Of a stretch of 64,000 bases of DNA, positions 19,216 to 29,404 are shown one piece after another. The DNA comes from Thermoproteus sp. (lineage in GTDB: Archaea; Thermoproteota; Thermoprotei; Thermoproteales; Thermoproteaceae): the NCBI GenBank assembly GCA_049976425.1, contig JBMFIG010000001.1, positions 64,001 through 128,000 on the forward strand. The letters run 5' to 3'. The notes under the pieces were generated by a model. It saw only the letters and a list, made by a program, of their open reading frames with translations, was not told the DNA's origin and made no database searches. Within the stretch, counting starts at the first letter, position 1, and the number at the start of each line of letters is the position of its first letter. The position numbers were made by a program, and so were the translations under genes.

Positions 19216-20463
19216 GGCCATATTGACGGCCGTGATCACGACGCCCCTCTTGGCGAACTCGCCGAATTTTATCGTCTTGGAGTACCTGCTCTCCACCACC
19301 TCGAGTATTATTATGTTAGATGCGGCCCCCAGCAAGGTCAAGTTGCCCGCTATAGTGGCCGCCGTGGCTAACGTGAGCCACGACCAGACGTCTCGAGGCC
19401 CGTAGCCCGCCGTCTTCATGTACTGTATGAAGAGCTCGGTGAAGGGCACGTTGGACAGCGCTTGGCTGAACAGAAGCGACTCGACAGTTATCGCCGGTAT
19501 GCCTAAGATAGGCCCCTCCCTTTCTGGCAACAGAGCCCCCACGGCGGGCTGGAGAAGCCCGCTGTTCCAAACGCCCCTCATTGTGATGAACATAGTTATG
19601 AAGAAGATGATGGTCCCCCAGTTGACGCCCTCCAGCACCTTCCTCGGCTCCGACGAAAAGATATACACGGCCGCGGCGACGACGAAGGGTATGAAGCCTA
19701 TGTTCTCTACGTGGGGCAACCCCATCAACGTGAGTATGTCGTTGATCAGCAACGCGGCTACGACCGATATCAAGGCGCCGCCGGCGAGGTAGGCGTCGCG
19801 TCTGTTCTTTATAAACTCGGCGGGCACGAAGACCGCGTTGATCTTTCTATCCGGTATGCCGTACCATTTAGATATCAGCACAGACAGCGCAAGGAGATTC
19901 GCCAAGGTAGGCGCCAACAAGTACTTCAAGAAGGTGAGCAACGGGGCGGCTATGCCGGACTGGACCGCTATCAAGACGTTTTGGGGATTGCCTATAGGCG
20001 TCGCGACGGAGCCTATAGTCACGGAGAACGCCAGCAACAATACGAGCGGCTCTAGCTCCACGCCGGCGATCCTCGCCGCTGTCGCGACTATGGCCGGCCC
20101 CATTAAGGCCACGGCGTCGTTGACCGTAAACGCCGCGAGCATGCCGAACAGCAGAGACAAAAGCATGAGCATCCTCCTCGTGGAGCCGGCTCTGGCGAGG
20201 AACCAGTAGGCCACGGCGTCGAGGAGGCCTGAGGACTCCGCCATAGAGACTATCGAGAACATGCCTATAAGGAAGAGCACCACGTCGAGGTCGACGGCGG
20301 CGCCCAGCTCGCCGATGGGCAATAGGCCCCCGACTACCACCACAAACGACGTGAAGGCCATGATGGACCACGCCGGCACGCGCGGGAATCGGGACTTCAC
20401 AACAAGTCCCCCGATCAGCACGGCGAGGGCGGCCGCCGCTATGGTCTGCTGGACGAAGCCCAT
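19180..20463 (-). CDS. ArsB/NhaD/CitMHS-family anion transporter
   Basis: GSVATPIGNPQN, LSNVP, AGNLTLLGAASNII. Confidence 0.85.
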   Translation of the reverse strand: MGFVQQTIAAAALAVLIGGLVVKSRFPRVPAWSIMAFTSFVVVVGGLLPIGELGAAVDLDVVLFLIGMFSIVSMAESSGLLDAVAYWFLARAGSTRRMLMLLSLLFGMLAAFTVNDAVALMGPAIVATAARIAGVELEPLVLLLAFSVTIGSVATPIGNPQNVLIAVQSGIAAPLLTFLKYLLAPTLANLLALSVLISKWYGIPDRKINAVFVPAEFIKNRRDAYLAGGALISVVAALLINDILTLMGLPHVENIGFIPFVVAAAVYIFSSEPRKVLEGVNWGTIIFFITMFITMRGVWNSGLLQPAVGALLPEREGPILGIPAITVESLLFSQALSNVPFTELFIQYMKTAGYGPRDVWSWLTLATAATIAGNLTLLGAASNIIILEVVESRYSKTIKFGEFAKRGVVITAVNMALYLPFLYLAAR

Positions 20464-20582
20464 AGCGCACGCGCACGTCGGAAGCTATTTAAAGTAGCGG
20501 TCGCGCCTCTTTAAGCAAAAGATTAAATTAATCCCGGATCCTCCTCAAGGCCATGCGGCTTCCTATGAAGTGAAAATTTATA

Positions 20583-22142
20583 ATGGATATGGGGATCACC
20601 GACGTGGAGCGGCCGAGGAAGGCTATCGTGGTGAACTTCGGCGGCCAGTACGCGCACCTTATAGCGAGGCGCCTCAGAGAGGCCGGCCTCTTCGCGGTGT
20701 TGGTACAGCCAGAACAGCTGGAGGACGCGTTGCGCCAGGACGACGTGGCCGCGGCGGTCCTATCGGGCGGCCCTAAGAGCGTCCTGGAGGAGGAGATAAG
20801 AATAACCCCGGCGATCTTCGAGGCCCAGATCCCCGTCTTGGGCATATGCTATGGGCACCAGCTCATCGCCAAGATGTTGGGCGGGAGGGTGGAGAGAGGT
20901 CCGGGAGAGTACGGCGACACCAAGGTGAGTCTTCTCGAGGACGACCCTCTCCTGGACGGCCTCGACAAGGAGGAGATCGTGTGGATGTCCCACGGCGACT
21001 ACGTGGCCGCCGCGCCGCCCGGCTTCAAGATCCTCGCGATCTCCGAAAGGGGGTATATCGCCGCCATGAGGTCTGTAGATAGGCCCATATACGGCGTCCA
21101 GTTCCACCCGGAGGTCTCCCACACAGTCAAGGGGAGGCTCATCTTCAGCAACTTCGTCGAGAAGGTGGTGGGGATAAGGCCCTCGCAACGTTGGGATCCG
21201 GCGTCCCAAATACCGAATATAGTGGAGCGCATCCGCGCCTCGGTGGGGCCTCACGAGAAGGTCCTCGTGGCGGTGAGCGGCGGGGTCGACAGCACGGTGA
21301 CGGCCGTGCTGACGGCGAGAGCCGTCGGCGAGCGCGCAGTGCCTATATTCGTGAACCACGGCTTGTTTAGGGAAGGCGAGCCGGAGGAGGTGCTCTCGGC
21401 GCTCAAGAGGCTGGGCCTAGACGTGGTCTACGTCGACGCCTCCGAGAAGTTCCTGGCCCGGCTCGAGGGCGTGGAGGACTGCGAGGAGCGGCGTAGGATA
21501 ATCGGCGAGACCTTCGCCGAGGTTTTCGCGGAGGCGGCCGCCAAGATAGAGGGCGCCGGATGGCTGGCCCAGGGCACGTTGTACCCAGACGTGATAGAGA
21601 GCGGCGCCGTGAAGGGCGCAGATAGGATAAAGAGCCACCACAACGTCGCCGGGTTGCCCCAATGGCTGGGCCTCAAGGTGCTGGAGCCTCTTAGGGATTT
21701 CTATAAGGACGAGGTGAGGGCTATCGGCAGAGCTCTGGGCCTCCCGGAGGAGCTCGTCAACAGACACCCCTTCCCGGGACCTGGGCTGTCGGTGAGGGTG
21801 ATGGGCCGCTTCACTAGAGAGAAGTTGGAGATAGCCAGGAAGGCCTCGCGTATAGTCGAGGAGGAGCTCAGGAGAGCGGGCCTACACGACAAGGTCTGGC
21901 AAGCGTTCGCCGCGGTGGGAGACGACAGATGGGTCGGCGTCAAGGGAGACGCAAGGGCCGTGGGGCACGTGGTGATAGTCAGGGTCGTGCAGAGCGAGGA
22001 CGCCATGACCGCGGACTGGCCTGAGCTCGGCAAGGAGGTCTTGTCGAGGATATCCTCCAGGATAACGTCGGAGGTCCCGGGCGTGGTCATGGTGGCCTAC
22101 GCCGTCACTCCCAAGCCCCCCGCGACGATAGAGCCGTGCTAG
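20583..22142 (+). CDS. guaA: GMP synthase (fused GATase + synthetase)
   Basis: LGICYGHQ, QFHPEV, SGGVDS, IKSHHNV, HPFPGPGL, KPPATIE. Confidence 0.97.
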   Translation: MDMGITDVERPRKAIVVNFGGQYAHLIARRLREAGLFAVLVQPEQLEDALRQDDVAAAVLSGGPKSVLEEEIRITPAIFEAQIPVLGICYGHQLIAKMLGGRVERGPGEYGDTKVSLLEDDPLLDGLDKEEIVWMSHGDYVAAAPPGFKILAISERGYIAAMRSVDRPIYGVQFHPEVSHTVKGRLIFSNFVEKVVGIRPSQRWDPASQIPNIVERIRASVGPHEKVLVAVSGGVDSTVTAVLTARAVGERAVPIFVNHGLFREGEPEEVLSALKRLGLDVVYVDASEKFLARLEGVEDCEERRRIIGETFAEVFAEAAAKIEGAGWLAQGTLYPDVIESGAVKGADRIKSHHNVAGLPQWLGLKVLEPLRDFYKDEVRAIGRALGLPEELVNRHPFPGPGLSVRVMGRFTREKLEIARKASRIVEEELRRAGLHDKVWQAFAAVGDDRWVGVKGDARAVGHVVIVRVVQSEDAMTADWPELGKEVLSRISSRITSEVPGVVMVAYAVTPKPPATIEPC

Positions 22143-22831
22143 TACGTGAAGTCCTCGCGGACGCAGGACAGATCGCCTCTGTATAGGGCGTAGCCGACTA
22201 TAGCGCCGTCGAAGCCGGCCGATCTCAGAAGCTCTAGGTGGCCGCAGTGGGAGACGCCGCCAGCGTAGTAAACCTTTCTGGCTATACGCCTAAGCGCCTC
22301 CACGTCTGTCAACAGAGGCCCGGCCCCCGTGCCCTCCACGTCGACCGATGTGTATATCGCAGCGGCTAGGTCGAGCCCCTCCAGCCGCCTCAAGGCGTCC
22401 TCGAGCCTCACCAGCTTGACGGTCCAGCCGCCTCCCATGACCCAGCCCTCCGAAACGTCCAGCGAGATCACCACCTTTCCCGGAAAAGCCCTGGCTATCT
22501 CCTCGAAAAGCCGCGGCTCCGTGAAAGGCAGGGTGCCCACCACCGCGTAGTCGCAGAGGTCCAAGGCCCTCTCCACCGAGCGCAGATCCCTCAGCCCTCC
22601 GCCCAGCTGGCAGGCCCCCTCCACGATGTCCGATATAGCGGCCACGGCGTCTAGATTGGCGGGCGCCCCGCGCTCGGCGCCGTCTAGGTCAACGACGTGG
22701 ACCAAAGGGGCTCGGGAGAACTTGCGGGCGAGCTCCAACGGATCGCCGACGAAGACGTACTCGCCCCGCCTCCCCCTAACTCTCTTAACGGCTCTCCCGC
22801 CCTCCAGATCTATGGAGGGTATGACGAGCAT
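22139..22831 (-). CDS. hisA: ProFAR isomerase HisA
   Basis: IPSIDL.GGRAV, HVVDLDGA, QLGGGLR, AGGV. Confidence 0.9.
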   Translation of the reverse strand: MLVIPSIDLEGGRAVKRVRGRRGEYVFVGDPLELARKFSRAPLVHVVDLDGAERGAPANLDAVAAISDIVEGACQLGGGLRDLRSVERALDLCDYAVVGTLPFTEPRLFEEIARAFPGKVVISLDVSEGWVMGGGWTVKLVRLEDALRRLEGLDLAAAIYTSVDVEGTGAGPLLTDVEALRRIARKVYYAGGVSHCGHLELLRSAGFDGAIVGYALYRGDLSCVREDFTY

Positions 22832-22857
22832 GGTTTTAAGAAGGGGGCCCGTTAAAA

Positions 22858-22915
22858 ACGGTGATGAGGTCTCGGGGAGTCGGACAGGTGAGGCGCGCGG
22901 TTATCCGGCTGATCA
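22858..22915 (+). ncRNA. C/D-box methylation guide sRNA
   Basis: C box GTGATGA 22861-67, 13-nt guide, D' CGGA 22881-84, C' GTGAGGC 22888-94, guide, D box CTGA 22909-12; TTTTAAG about 25 nt upstream; lies in the hisA-hisB gap. Confidence 0.75.
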
Positions 22916-23461
22916 TTTGGTTGTGACGGGCCTGTCGGATGGTGCGAGCGCCTGCCTCAACGCGAACCCCAACGCCTTGTGCGCCGCCTCGATTATATGA
23001 TGGGGATCCTCTCCGAATGCCCTGACGTGTACAGTCGCCTTGAGCTCGGACGCGAGCGACCTCACGAAGTGGGGGAACATATACGTCGGGTAGCCGCCTA
23101 TTGCGATCCGAGGCAGTCTTGCCTTGACCACCCAATAGGGCCTGCCGCCGAGATCCACCGCGACGACCGCCTCGGCCTCGTCCATCGGCACTATGGCCCA
23201 GCCGTAGCGGGCTATCGACCTCCTATCGCCGGCTAGCTCCGACAGCGCCATGCCTAGGGCCAGGCCGACGTCCTCTATCACGTGGTGGCCCTCGTCTAGA
23301 TCCCTGAGTACCTCCGCCTCCACCCTGCCGCCCAACCCAGCGTAGTAGAGCAGGGTCTCGACCATATGGGCGAGGAACGGCACAGGCGCGGAAACCGAGA
23401 GAGGCCCCCCTCTCGTGAGCTCCACCACCACTCTGGTCTCCTTAGTCTCCCTGACGACCAT
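22913..23461 (-). CDS. hisB: Imidazoleglycerol-phosphate dehydratase
   Basis: RETKET, HHVIED, PMDEA, DLGGRP, HHIIEA. Confidence 0.95.
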   Translation of the reverse strand: MVVRETKETRVVVELTRGGPLSVSAPVPFLAHMVETLLYYAGLGGRVEAEVLRDLDEGHHVIEDVGLALGMALSELAGDRRSIARYGWAIVPMDEAEAVVAVDLGGRPYWVVKARLPRIAIGGYPTYMFPHFVRSLASELKATVHVRAFGEDPHHIIEAAHKALGFALRQALAPSDRPVTTK

Positions 23462-23512
23462 GAGGCTACCGCATCCCCTATATAAGATATATTTATCCTA
23501 AGTTTTAGGCGC

Positions 23513-24277
23513 GTGGCGGCGGTGAGGGTGATCCCCTGCCTCGATATAGACGGGAGGCGGGGCGTCGTGGTCAAGGGCGTGAACTTCCAGGGACTTAGAG
23601 AAGTAGGCGACCCGGTAGAGCTGGCGATGCGCTACGACGAGGAGGGCGCCGACGAGCTGGTGGTGCTCGACATAACGGCCAGCGTGGAGGACCGCCCCAC
23701 GTTCTTGAAGGTGGTGAGGGAGGTGGCCACCTCCGTCTCCATACCGGTGACGATAGGAGGCGGCGTGAGGTCGGTGGAGGACGCCGACAAGCTGTTCAAG
23801 GCGGGGGCCGATAAGGTGTCGGTGAACACGGCCGCGGTTAGAAAGCCCGAGCTCGTGGCCGAGCTGGCTAGGCAGTACGGCTCGCAGTCCACAGTCGTCG
23901 CCATAGACGCCAAGAGAGTCGGCGAGAGCTACAAGGTCTACATAAGGGGCGGCAACACGCCGACGGATCTCGACGCGGTGAGGTGGGCCGCCAAGGTCGT
24001 CGAGCTGGGGGCGGGCGAGTTGTTGGTGACGTCGATAGATAGGGACGGCACTAGGTCCGGCTACGACTTAGACCTAATAAAGGCCGTGTATTCGGCCGCC
24101 AAAGTCCCCCTAATAGCGTCGGGCGGCGCCGGCGACTACAGCCACTTCTACGAAGCGGCTTTAGCCGGTGCCGACGGCTTGCTCGCGGCCAGCCTATTCC
24201 ACTTCCGCATAGTTGAGATAAGGAGGCTTAAGGAATATCTAGCGTCGAGAGGCGTCGATGTGCGCGTAGATTATTGA
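23513..24277 (+). CDS. hisF: Imidazole glycerol phosphate synthase cyclase subunit
   Basis: RVIPCLD, VVKGVNF, GADEL..LDI, SIDRDGT, ASGGAG. Confidence 0.97.
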   Translation: MAAVRVIPCLDIDGRRGVVVKGVNFQGLREVGDPVELAMRYDEEGADELVVLDITASVEDRPTFLKVVREVATSVSIPVTIGGGVRSVEDADKLFKAGADKVSVNTAAVRKPELVAELARQYGSQSTVVAIDAKRVGESYKVYIRGGNTPTDLDAVRWAAKVVELGAGELLVTSIDRDGTRSGYDLDLIKAVYSAAKVPLIASGGAGDYSHFYEAALAGADGLLAASLFHFRIVEIRRLKEYLASRGVDVRVDY

Positions 24278-24422
24278 GCCGACAATTATTTTTACAATTA
24301 TATATACCTATTTAATAGAAAGTAACAATAGATAAATATATTTATTCATATCGTCAAGAAATAGCTAGGGTTTTAACAGAAGCTTCAAGGTAAGGTTTTA
24401 AACAACTAAGGCCGACGCGACT

Positions 24423-25610
24423 ATGCGCGAGGTCTGGATAGTTGGCTACGCCAGGACTCCTATAGGGAAGTTCGGCGGAGCGCTTAAGGACGTCAAGACC
24501 GCGCATCTGGCCGCTTTCGCTATTCGTAAGGCGCTTGAGAGGATCGGGCTGGACGGCAAGCTGGTCGAGGAGGTTATCATAGGCTCGACCCTACAGGGAG
24601 GGCAGGGCCAGAGCCTTGCGAGGCAGGCGGCGCTGTACGCCGGGCTTCCCGTGACCACAAGCGCCTACACCGTCAACCGCGTGTGTTCGTCGGGGATGCA
24701 GGCGGTGATAGACGCCTATAGGGAGATAGCGCTGGGCGACGCCGATATAGTGGTCGCCGGTGGGGCTGAGTCGATGTCGACGGCTCCTCTGGCCTTCTCG
24801 TCGGAGACCCGCTGGGGCGTCAAGCACCTCATAGGCAGAGGGCAACAACTGCTCGACTTGATGGTGTACGACGGCTTGACCGACCCCACGAACGGTCTGC
24901 TGATGGGAGAGGAGGCCGAGATGGTCGCTAAGGAGTGGGGCATCACTAGGCAGGAGCTCGACCAGGTGGCCTACGAGAGCCATATGAGGGCTTGGAAAGC
25001 CACCGAGAACAAGTGGTTTCTGGACATGGAGCCCATAGAGGATACCCTAGGCGGAGTGCAGGTCAAGTTGGATAGGGACGAGGGGATAAGGCCGGACACC
25101 AACTTGGAGAAGCTGGCCAAGCTGAAGCCGGCGTTTAGGCCCGACGGGGTGTTAACCGCAGGCAACTCCAGCCAGCTGTCCGACGGCGCGGCGGCGCTCG
25201 TCTTGGCCTCGTCCGACAAGGCGAAGGAGCTGGGGCTCAAGCCTGTGGCCAAGATTCTGGGGTATTCCTGGCATATGGTGGAGCCGTGGCGCTTCGTCGA
25301 GGCGCCTATATATGCGGTGCAGAAGCTCGTCAAGAAGATCGGCATGGGGCTGGATCAGTTCGACTACTTCGAGAACAACGAGGCCTTCGCCGTCAACAAC
25401 ATACTGTTCCACAGAGTCCTCCAAGTGCCCTATGAGAGGCTGAACGTTTTCGGAGGCGCAGTCGCGCTCGGGCACCCGCTTGGCGCATCCGGCGCACGTA
25501 TAATCACCACGTTGATATCTGTGCTGAAGGTTAAGGGCGGCAGGCGCGGCATAGCGGCGTTGTGCCACGGCACTGGCGGCGGCACCGCCGTAGCCTTAGA
25601 AATAATATAA
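24423..25610 (+). CDS. Acetyl-CoA acetyltransferase (thiolase)
   Basis: VNRVCSSG, NEAF, GHPLGASG, CHGTGG. Confidence 0.95.
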   Translation: MREVWIVGYARTPIGKFGGALKDVKTAHLAAFAIRKALERIGLDGKLVEEVIIGSTLQGGQGQSLARQAALYAGLPVTTSAYTVNRVCSSGMQAVIDAYREIALGDADIVVAGGAESMSTAPLAFSSETRWGVKHLIGRGQQLLDLMVYDGLTDPTNGLLMGEEAEMVAKEWGITRQELDQVAYESHMRAWKATENKWFLDMEPIEDTLGGVQVKLDRDEGIRPDTNLEKLAKLKPAFRPDGVLTAGNSSQLSDGAAALVLASSDKAKELGLKPVAKILGYSWHMVEPWRFVEAPIYAVQKLVKKIGMGLDQFDYFENNEAFAVNNILFHRVLQVPYERLNVFGGAVALGHPLGASGARIITTLISVLKVKGGRRGIAALCHGTGGGTAVALEII

Positions 25611-25630
25611 ATCCGGCAACGACAGACGGC

Positions 25631-26266
25631 GTGGAGCGCCTGGTCAAGGCTCTTTTGACCCTAGAGCCTCCCAGGCTAGAGGCGGATTACCGCTCCAGAG
25701 AAGCGCCGAGGGGGTACGTGGAGCCTCCCTTTGCCGTCAGGCTAGACGGCGTCAACTTCGGCAAGGCCCTTTCGGATCTCCCCGGCCCGCGGAACGTCGG
25801 TGTTCACAGAGCGCTTAAGAGAGCCGCGGCGGATCTGGCGAAGACGACCGGCGCCGGGCTTGTATACATAGTCAGCGACGAGGTTAACCTAGTCTACAGA
25901 AGCGGCGTCCCCTACAGAGGCAGGATCCAGAAAATCATCAGCGTCTTGCCCTCGGCGCTTTCGGCCAAGGTCTCCGCGCTCTTGGGCAGGCCGCTTTACT
26001 TCGACGCGAGGGTGGTCAAGCTCTACGACGAGCGGGACATAGCGCGTTACGTGGCGTATAGGGCGCGCATCGGCTTGAACAACTACGCCGTATCTCTGGC
26101 CAGGGAGAGGGGCTTGATCTCCGACTCCACGCCGCCCGTAGGCGAGGTGTTGAGCATGCTCTCAGGAGCCGACCTATCGCTGGGCTGGGGTTCCCTTATG
26201 CTGGAGGACGGCGGATGGGGCGACGCAGATCTCTGCGACTTCTTGGCAAAAAGCGGGCTATGTTGA
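25631..26266 (+). CDS. thg1: tRNA(His) guanylyltransferase Thg1-like, short form
   Basis: RLDGVNF, VSDEVNL, YRGRIQKI.S, FDARV; probable GTG start at 25631. Confidence 0.85.
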   Translation: MERLVKALLTLEPPRLEADYRSREAPRGYVEPPFAVRLDGVNFGKALSDLPGPRNVGVHRALKRAAADLAKTTGAGLVYIVSDEVNLVYRSGVPYRGRIQKIISVLPSALSAKVSALLGRPLYFDARVVKLYDERDIARYVAYRARIGLNNYAVSLARERGLISDSTPPVGEVLSMLSGADLSLGWGSLMLEDGGWGDADLCDFLAKSGLC

Positions 26267-27024
26267 GAGGGCTTGCGGCGAGCTTCTACGCGGCGTTTAA
26301 GACGCTGTCGAGATCCCTAGCGTCGGCCCTATTCATATCGATACTGCCCCCTCTCTTCTCCTCTCTGCTCCTAGCCGGCGGCTGGTTGCTCTCGGGTGCG
26401 GTTGACGTCGATAAGTACCTATATCAGCTGGTCGGCTCGTCGTTGTTGGTGCTGGGCCAGATAGCGGTTGGCGAGACCGTGTGGGTGGTCAGGGACTACG
26501 TGAGGGAAGGCCTATACGACTACATTCTGGCGTCGCCCTCGCGCATACTCGAGACGTTCTACGGCGTATTCCTCGCCGAGGCGCTGATATTCAGCGGCCT
26601 TTCTCTGGCCCTCACGGCTGTGATAGTGGGCGCCGTAAAGGGGCCGATATACGGCGTGGCAACAGCCGTCGCCTACGCGTTGGCCTTTGTCGGGATACTG
26701 CCGGTCTTGGGCATAGGCATAATACTGGCGTCTCTGTTGCCTGTGGTGAGGGATCCGGGCGTTCTCGTCATGCCCGTAGGCGCCGTCCTGACGCTGCTCG
26801 GCGGCGTCATATACCCGCTATCGATCCTCCCGCCCTATTTAGAGCTGGCCGCTTCGGCGCTTCCGATGGCCGCCCTGGCGCAGGCCGTGAGGGATTTCGC
26901 GCTAGGCCTCAAGCTACAGATCGAGAGCCTGGGGCTCCTGGGGGCCTACATGCTCTACGTCCTTGTGGGCTTGTTGGTGTTCCGGGTGATGAACGCCTAT
27001 GCGAGACGCCGCGGGATCGCCTAG
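26260..27024 (+). CDS. ABC-2 type permease
   Basis: 6 TM, REGLYDYILASP and GGVIYPLSILP motifs; ATG at 26260. Confidence 0.8.
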   Translation: MLRGLAASFYAAFKTLSRSLASALFISILPPLFSSLLLAGGWLLSGAVDVDKYLYQLVGSSLLVLGQIAVGETVWVVRDYVREGLYDYILASPSRILETFYGVFLAEALIFSGLSLALTAVIVGAVKGPIYGVATAVAYALAFVGILPVLGIGIILASLLPVVRDPGVLVMPVGAVLTLLGGVIYPLSILPPYLELAASALPMAALAQAVRDFALGLKLQIESLGLLGAYMLYVLVGLLVFRVMNAYARRRGIA

Positions 27025-27793
27025 GGCCCTCCTACGCGAGCTGGCCAGGGAGTATCTTAGGTTCTCGCGTCTCAACGCACGCGCCTGGCAGAGGGTCGTC
27101 TCGGTCTCTGTATCGATGTCGCTTTGGCTGATAGCCGCGATAATTGCCATGTCGTGGTACGGCGTAGCCAGGGCGAGGATCAACAGGTATATGTTTTGGA
27201 CTTTCCTGACCTACTTCCTGTACTCCGAGCCTGTGTGGGCCGCCGCAGAGGCCAGATCTAGCCTCAGAGGCGGCGTAGCCGAGCAGATACTGGCGGCGCG
27301 CGGAGGTCTCGCCTCTGTGTTGCTCCCATGGCTTCTCGTCGACTCGTCGATCTGGTCGTCGGTCGATTCGGCCATGTTGTTGGCTATATTTGCGTTGATA
27401 TTCGGCGGGACGCCTAGGCTAGAACAACCGTTGCTCTTCGCCGCGGCGCTTCCACCCCTCATGGCGTTCTCGTTGGCTGTAGGCGTGGCGGCTGTATATC
27501 TCATGAACATGACCGAGAACACTTGGGTGGTCGGTCTCGCGCTACAGCTGGTGGTGCCTCTCATGGGCGGGATCATCCCGCCTACCGCGTTGCCTAAAGA
27601 GATAGCGCACGCCCTCTTGTTGTCGCCGCTCCAGTACGTGATAGCTCCCCCAATCTATGCGGGGACGGGTATGTGGCCTCTCGATCCCGTTATAGTCTTA
27701 ACTACAGACTATATTTTATCAATTATATCAATTATACTTATATTTAAAATCGATAAAATAGCTAAATATTATTTATATTTACTCTCTAGGTAA
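26999..27793 (+). CDS. ABC-2 type permease (second subunit)
   Basis: RGGVAEQILA and GGIIPPTALP motifs, multi-TM. Confidence 0.75.
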   Translation: MRDAAGSPRALLRELAREYLRFSRLNARAWQRVVSVSVSMSLWLIAAIIAMSWYGVARARINRYMFWTFLTYFLYSEPVWAAAEARSSLRGGVAEQILAARGGLASVLLPWLLVDSSIWSSVDSAMLLAIFALIFGGTPRLEQPLLFAAALPPLMAFSLAVGVAAVYLMNMTENTWVVGLALQLVVPLMGGIIPPTALPKEIAHALLLSPLQYVIAPPIYAGTGMWPLDPVIVLTTDYILSIISIILIFKIDKIAKYYLYLLSR

Positions 27794-29247
27794 TTTAGTA
27801 GGTAGGTCGGGTTGTACGTCTCGCCGGTCGCGCGCCTCACTAACTCCTTCGGCGGATATACGGCGCCCCACTTGTGTATCTTCTCGCGCAACCACTCCTT
27901 AATCTCGGCGAATCTCCCGGCGGCCACGGCCTCCTCGAGAGGGCCGAAGGCGTGGCGTATCTGGGCCGCTATTACGTTGCCCAACGTGTACGTGGGGAAG
28001 TACCCTATGCTTCCGTGGGACCAGTGTATGTCCTGGAGCACGCCCTCGGCGTCGTTCCTGGGCCGTATGCCGAGGAGCTTCTCCATCTCGTCGTTCCAGA
28101 GAGCCGGCAGATCGGCGACCTTGACCTCTCCGGCCACCATAAGCCTCTCTAGCCTGTAGCGGAGCAGTATGTGCAAGTTGTAGGTGACTTCGTCCGCCTC
28201 GGTCCTTATCAGGCTGGGCCTCACTATGTTGAAGTAGTAGTAGAGGTCGTCGTCGGAGTATTTGGATAGGAAGGGCAGATGCCTCCTCAGTATAGGCGCT
28301 ATGTGGGCCGTGAAGCTCCTCGATCTGCCGACGATGTTCTCCCAGAACCTCGACTGCGACTCGTGCACCCCTAGCGAGACGCCGGTGCCGATAGGAGTGA
28401 ATGCATAGCTCTCGTCTATCTGTAGCTCGTATAGCGCGTGGCCGAACTCGTGGATGGCTGAGAACAAGGGCTCTCTGAAGTCCTTGGGAGGATATCTGAC
28501 GGTTATCCTCACGTCGAACGGCGAGGCCAAGCCCGTAGTGAAGGGGTGCGGCGACACGTCTATCCTGAACCGCCTTTGGGGATATCCTATGAGGCCTAGG
28601 ATCTCCCTTATGGCGGCCTCCATGCTCTGTCTGTCGTAAGGCTCCTCCTCTAGGGGATGCGACCTCGGCCACCCTCCGGCCTCGAGCTTGCCTAGGAGGC
28701 GCCTTATCCCAGGCTCCAGCACCGAGAATATCGAGTCGACGTCCCGCGACGTCAAGCCCTCCTCGTATAGGTCGAGAAGGGCGTCGTAGGGATGTTCGTC
28801 GTACCCCAGCTTATCCGCTATCACTTTGGTCAGCTCCACGATCCTCTCCAGATACGGCGCGAAGATCTTGAAGTCGGCCTTCTCCTTGGCAGTGCGCCAG
28901 GCGACGAAGGCCTCGCTGGTCGTCTTGGCGAATTCGGCGACTATCTCGGGAGGCACCCTCCTGTAGAACTTGAGATCCCTCTCGAGCATGCGGATTATGC
29001 CCCTCTCGACGTCGGTGAGGTCCCTCTCCTCCTTGGCCTTGTCTATCAGCTTGACGAACGACTCGTCCAGCATCAGCTTCTGGATAAGCTTGGCTATCTC
29101 GGCGGCGGCCAGCGACCTCCCGCCGATCCCCTCCTCCGGCATGTAGACCTCTCGGTCCCAGCCCAACACGCCGCTGGCGTGGTTAAGCGCCCAGATAGTC
29201 CTGTAGCGCTCCAAGATCTCCTTGACCGTAGACGATTTAATCTCCAT
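27769..29247 (-). CDS. Carboxypeptidase M32 (Taq-type)
   Basis: HEFGHALYE, HESQSRFWEN, IRTEADE, QDIHWS, GYFPTY; ATG at 29247. Confidence 0.95.
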   Translation of the reverse strand: MEIKSSTVKEILERYRTIWALNHASGVLGWDREVYMPEEGIGGRSLAAAEIAKLIQKLMLDESFVKLIDKAKEERDLTDVERGIIRMLERDLKFYRRVPPEIVAEFAKTTSEAFVAWRTAKEKADFKIFAPYLERIVELTKVIADKLGYDEHPYDALLDLYEEGLTSRDVDSIFSVLEPGIRRLLGKLEAGGWPRSHPLEEEPYDRQSMEAAIREILGLIGYPQRRFRIDVSPHPFTTGLASPFDVRITVRYPPKDFREPLFSAIHEFGHALYELQIDESYAFTPIGTGVSLGVHESQSRFWENIVGRSRSFTAHIAPILRRHLPFLSKYSDDDLYYYFNIVRPSLIRTEADEVTYNLHILLRYRLERLMVAGEVKVADLPALWNDEMEKLLGIRPRNDAEGVLQDIHWSHGSIGYFPTYTLGNVIAAQIRHAFGPLEEAVAAGRFAEIKEWLREKIHKWGAVYPPKELVRRATGETYNPTYLLNYLESKYK

Positions 29248-29404
29248 AGAGCCGCGTTCCAATAAATATATATCGATTCCGTCGAGCGTGTAGCCGACGC
29301 GGTCGTTGACGGCTTTCAAATGCCCATCCTATGCAGATTAGACTAAAAATATTATAATAATTTAGCCTATTGTGCAAGTTGAAAATAATAAAGAAACCCG
29401 GGGA

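Noticed and set aside
24278-24422. AT-rich intergenic region as a possible replication origin
   Set aside because: No repeated ORB-like elements; explained by terminator plus thiolase promoter
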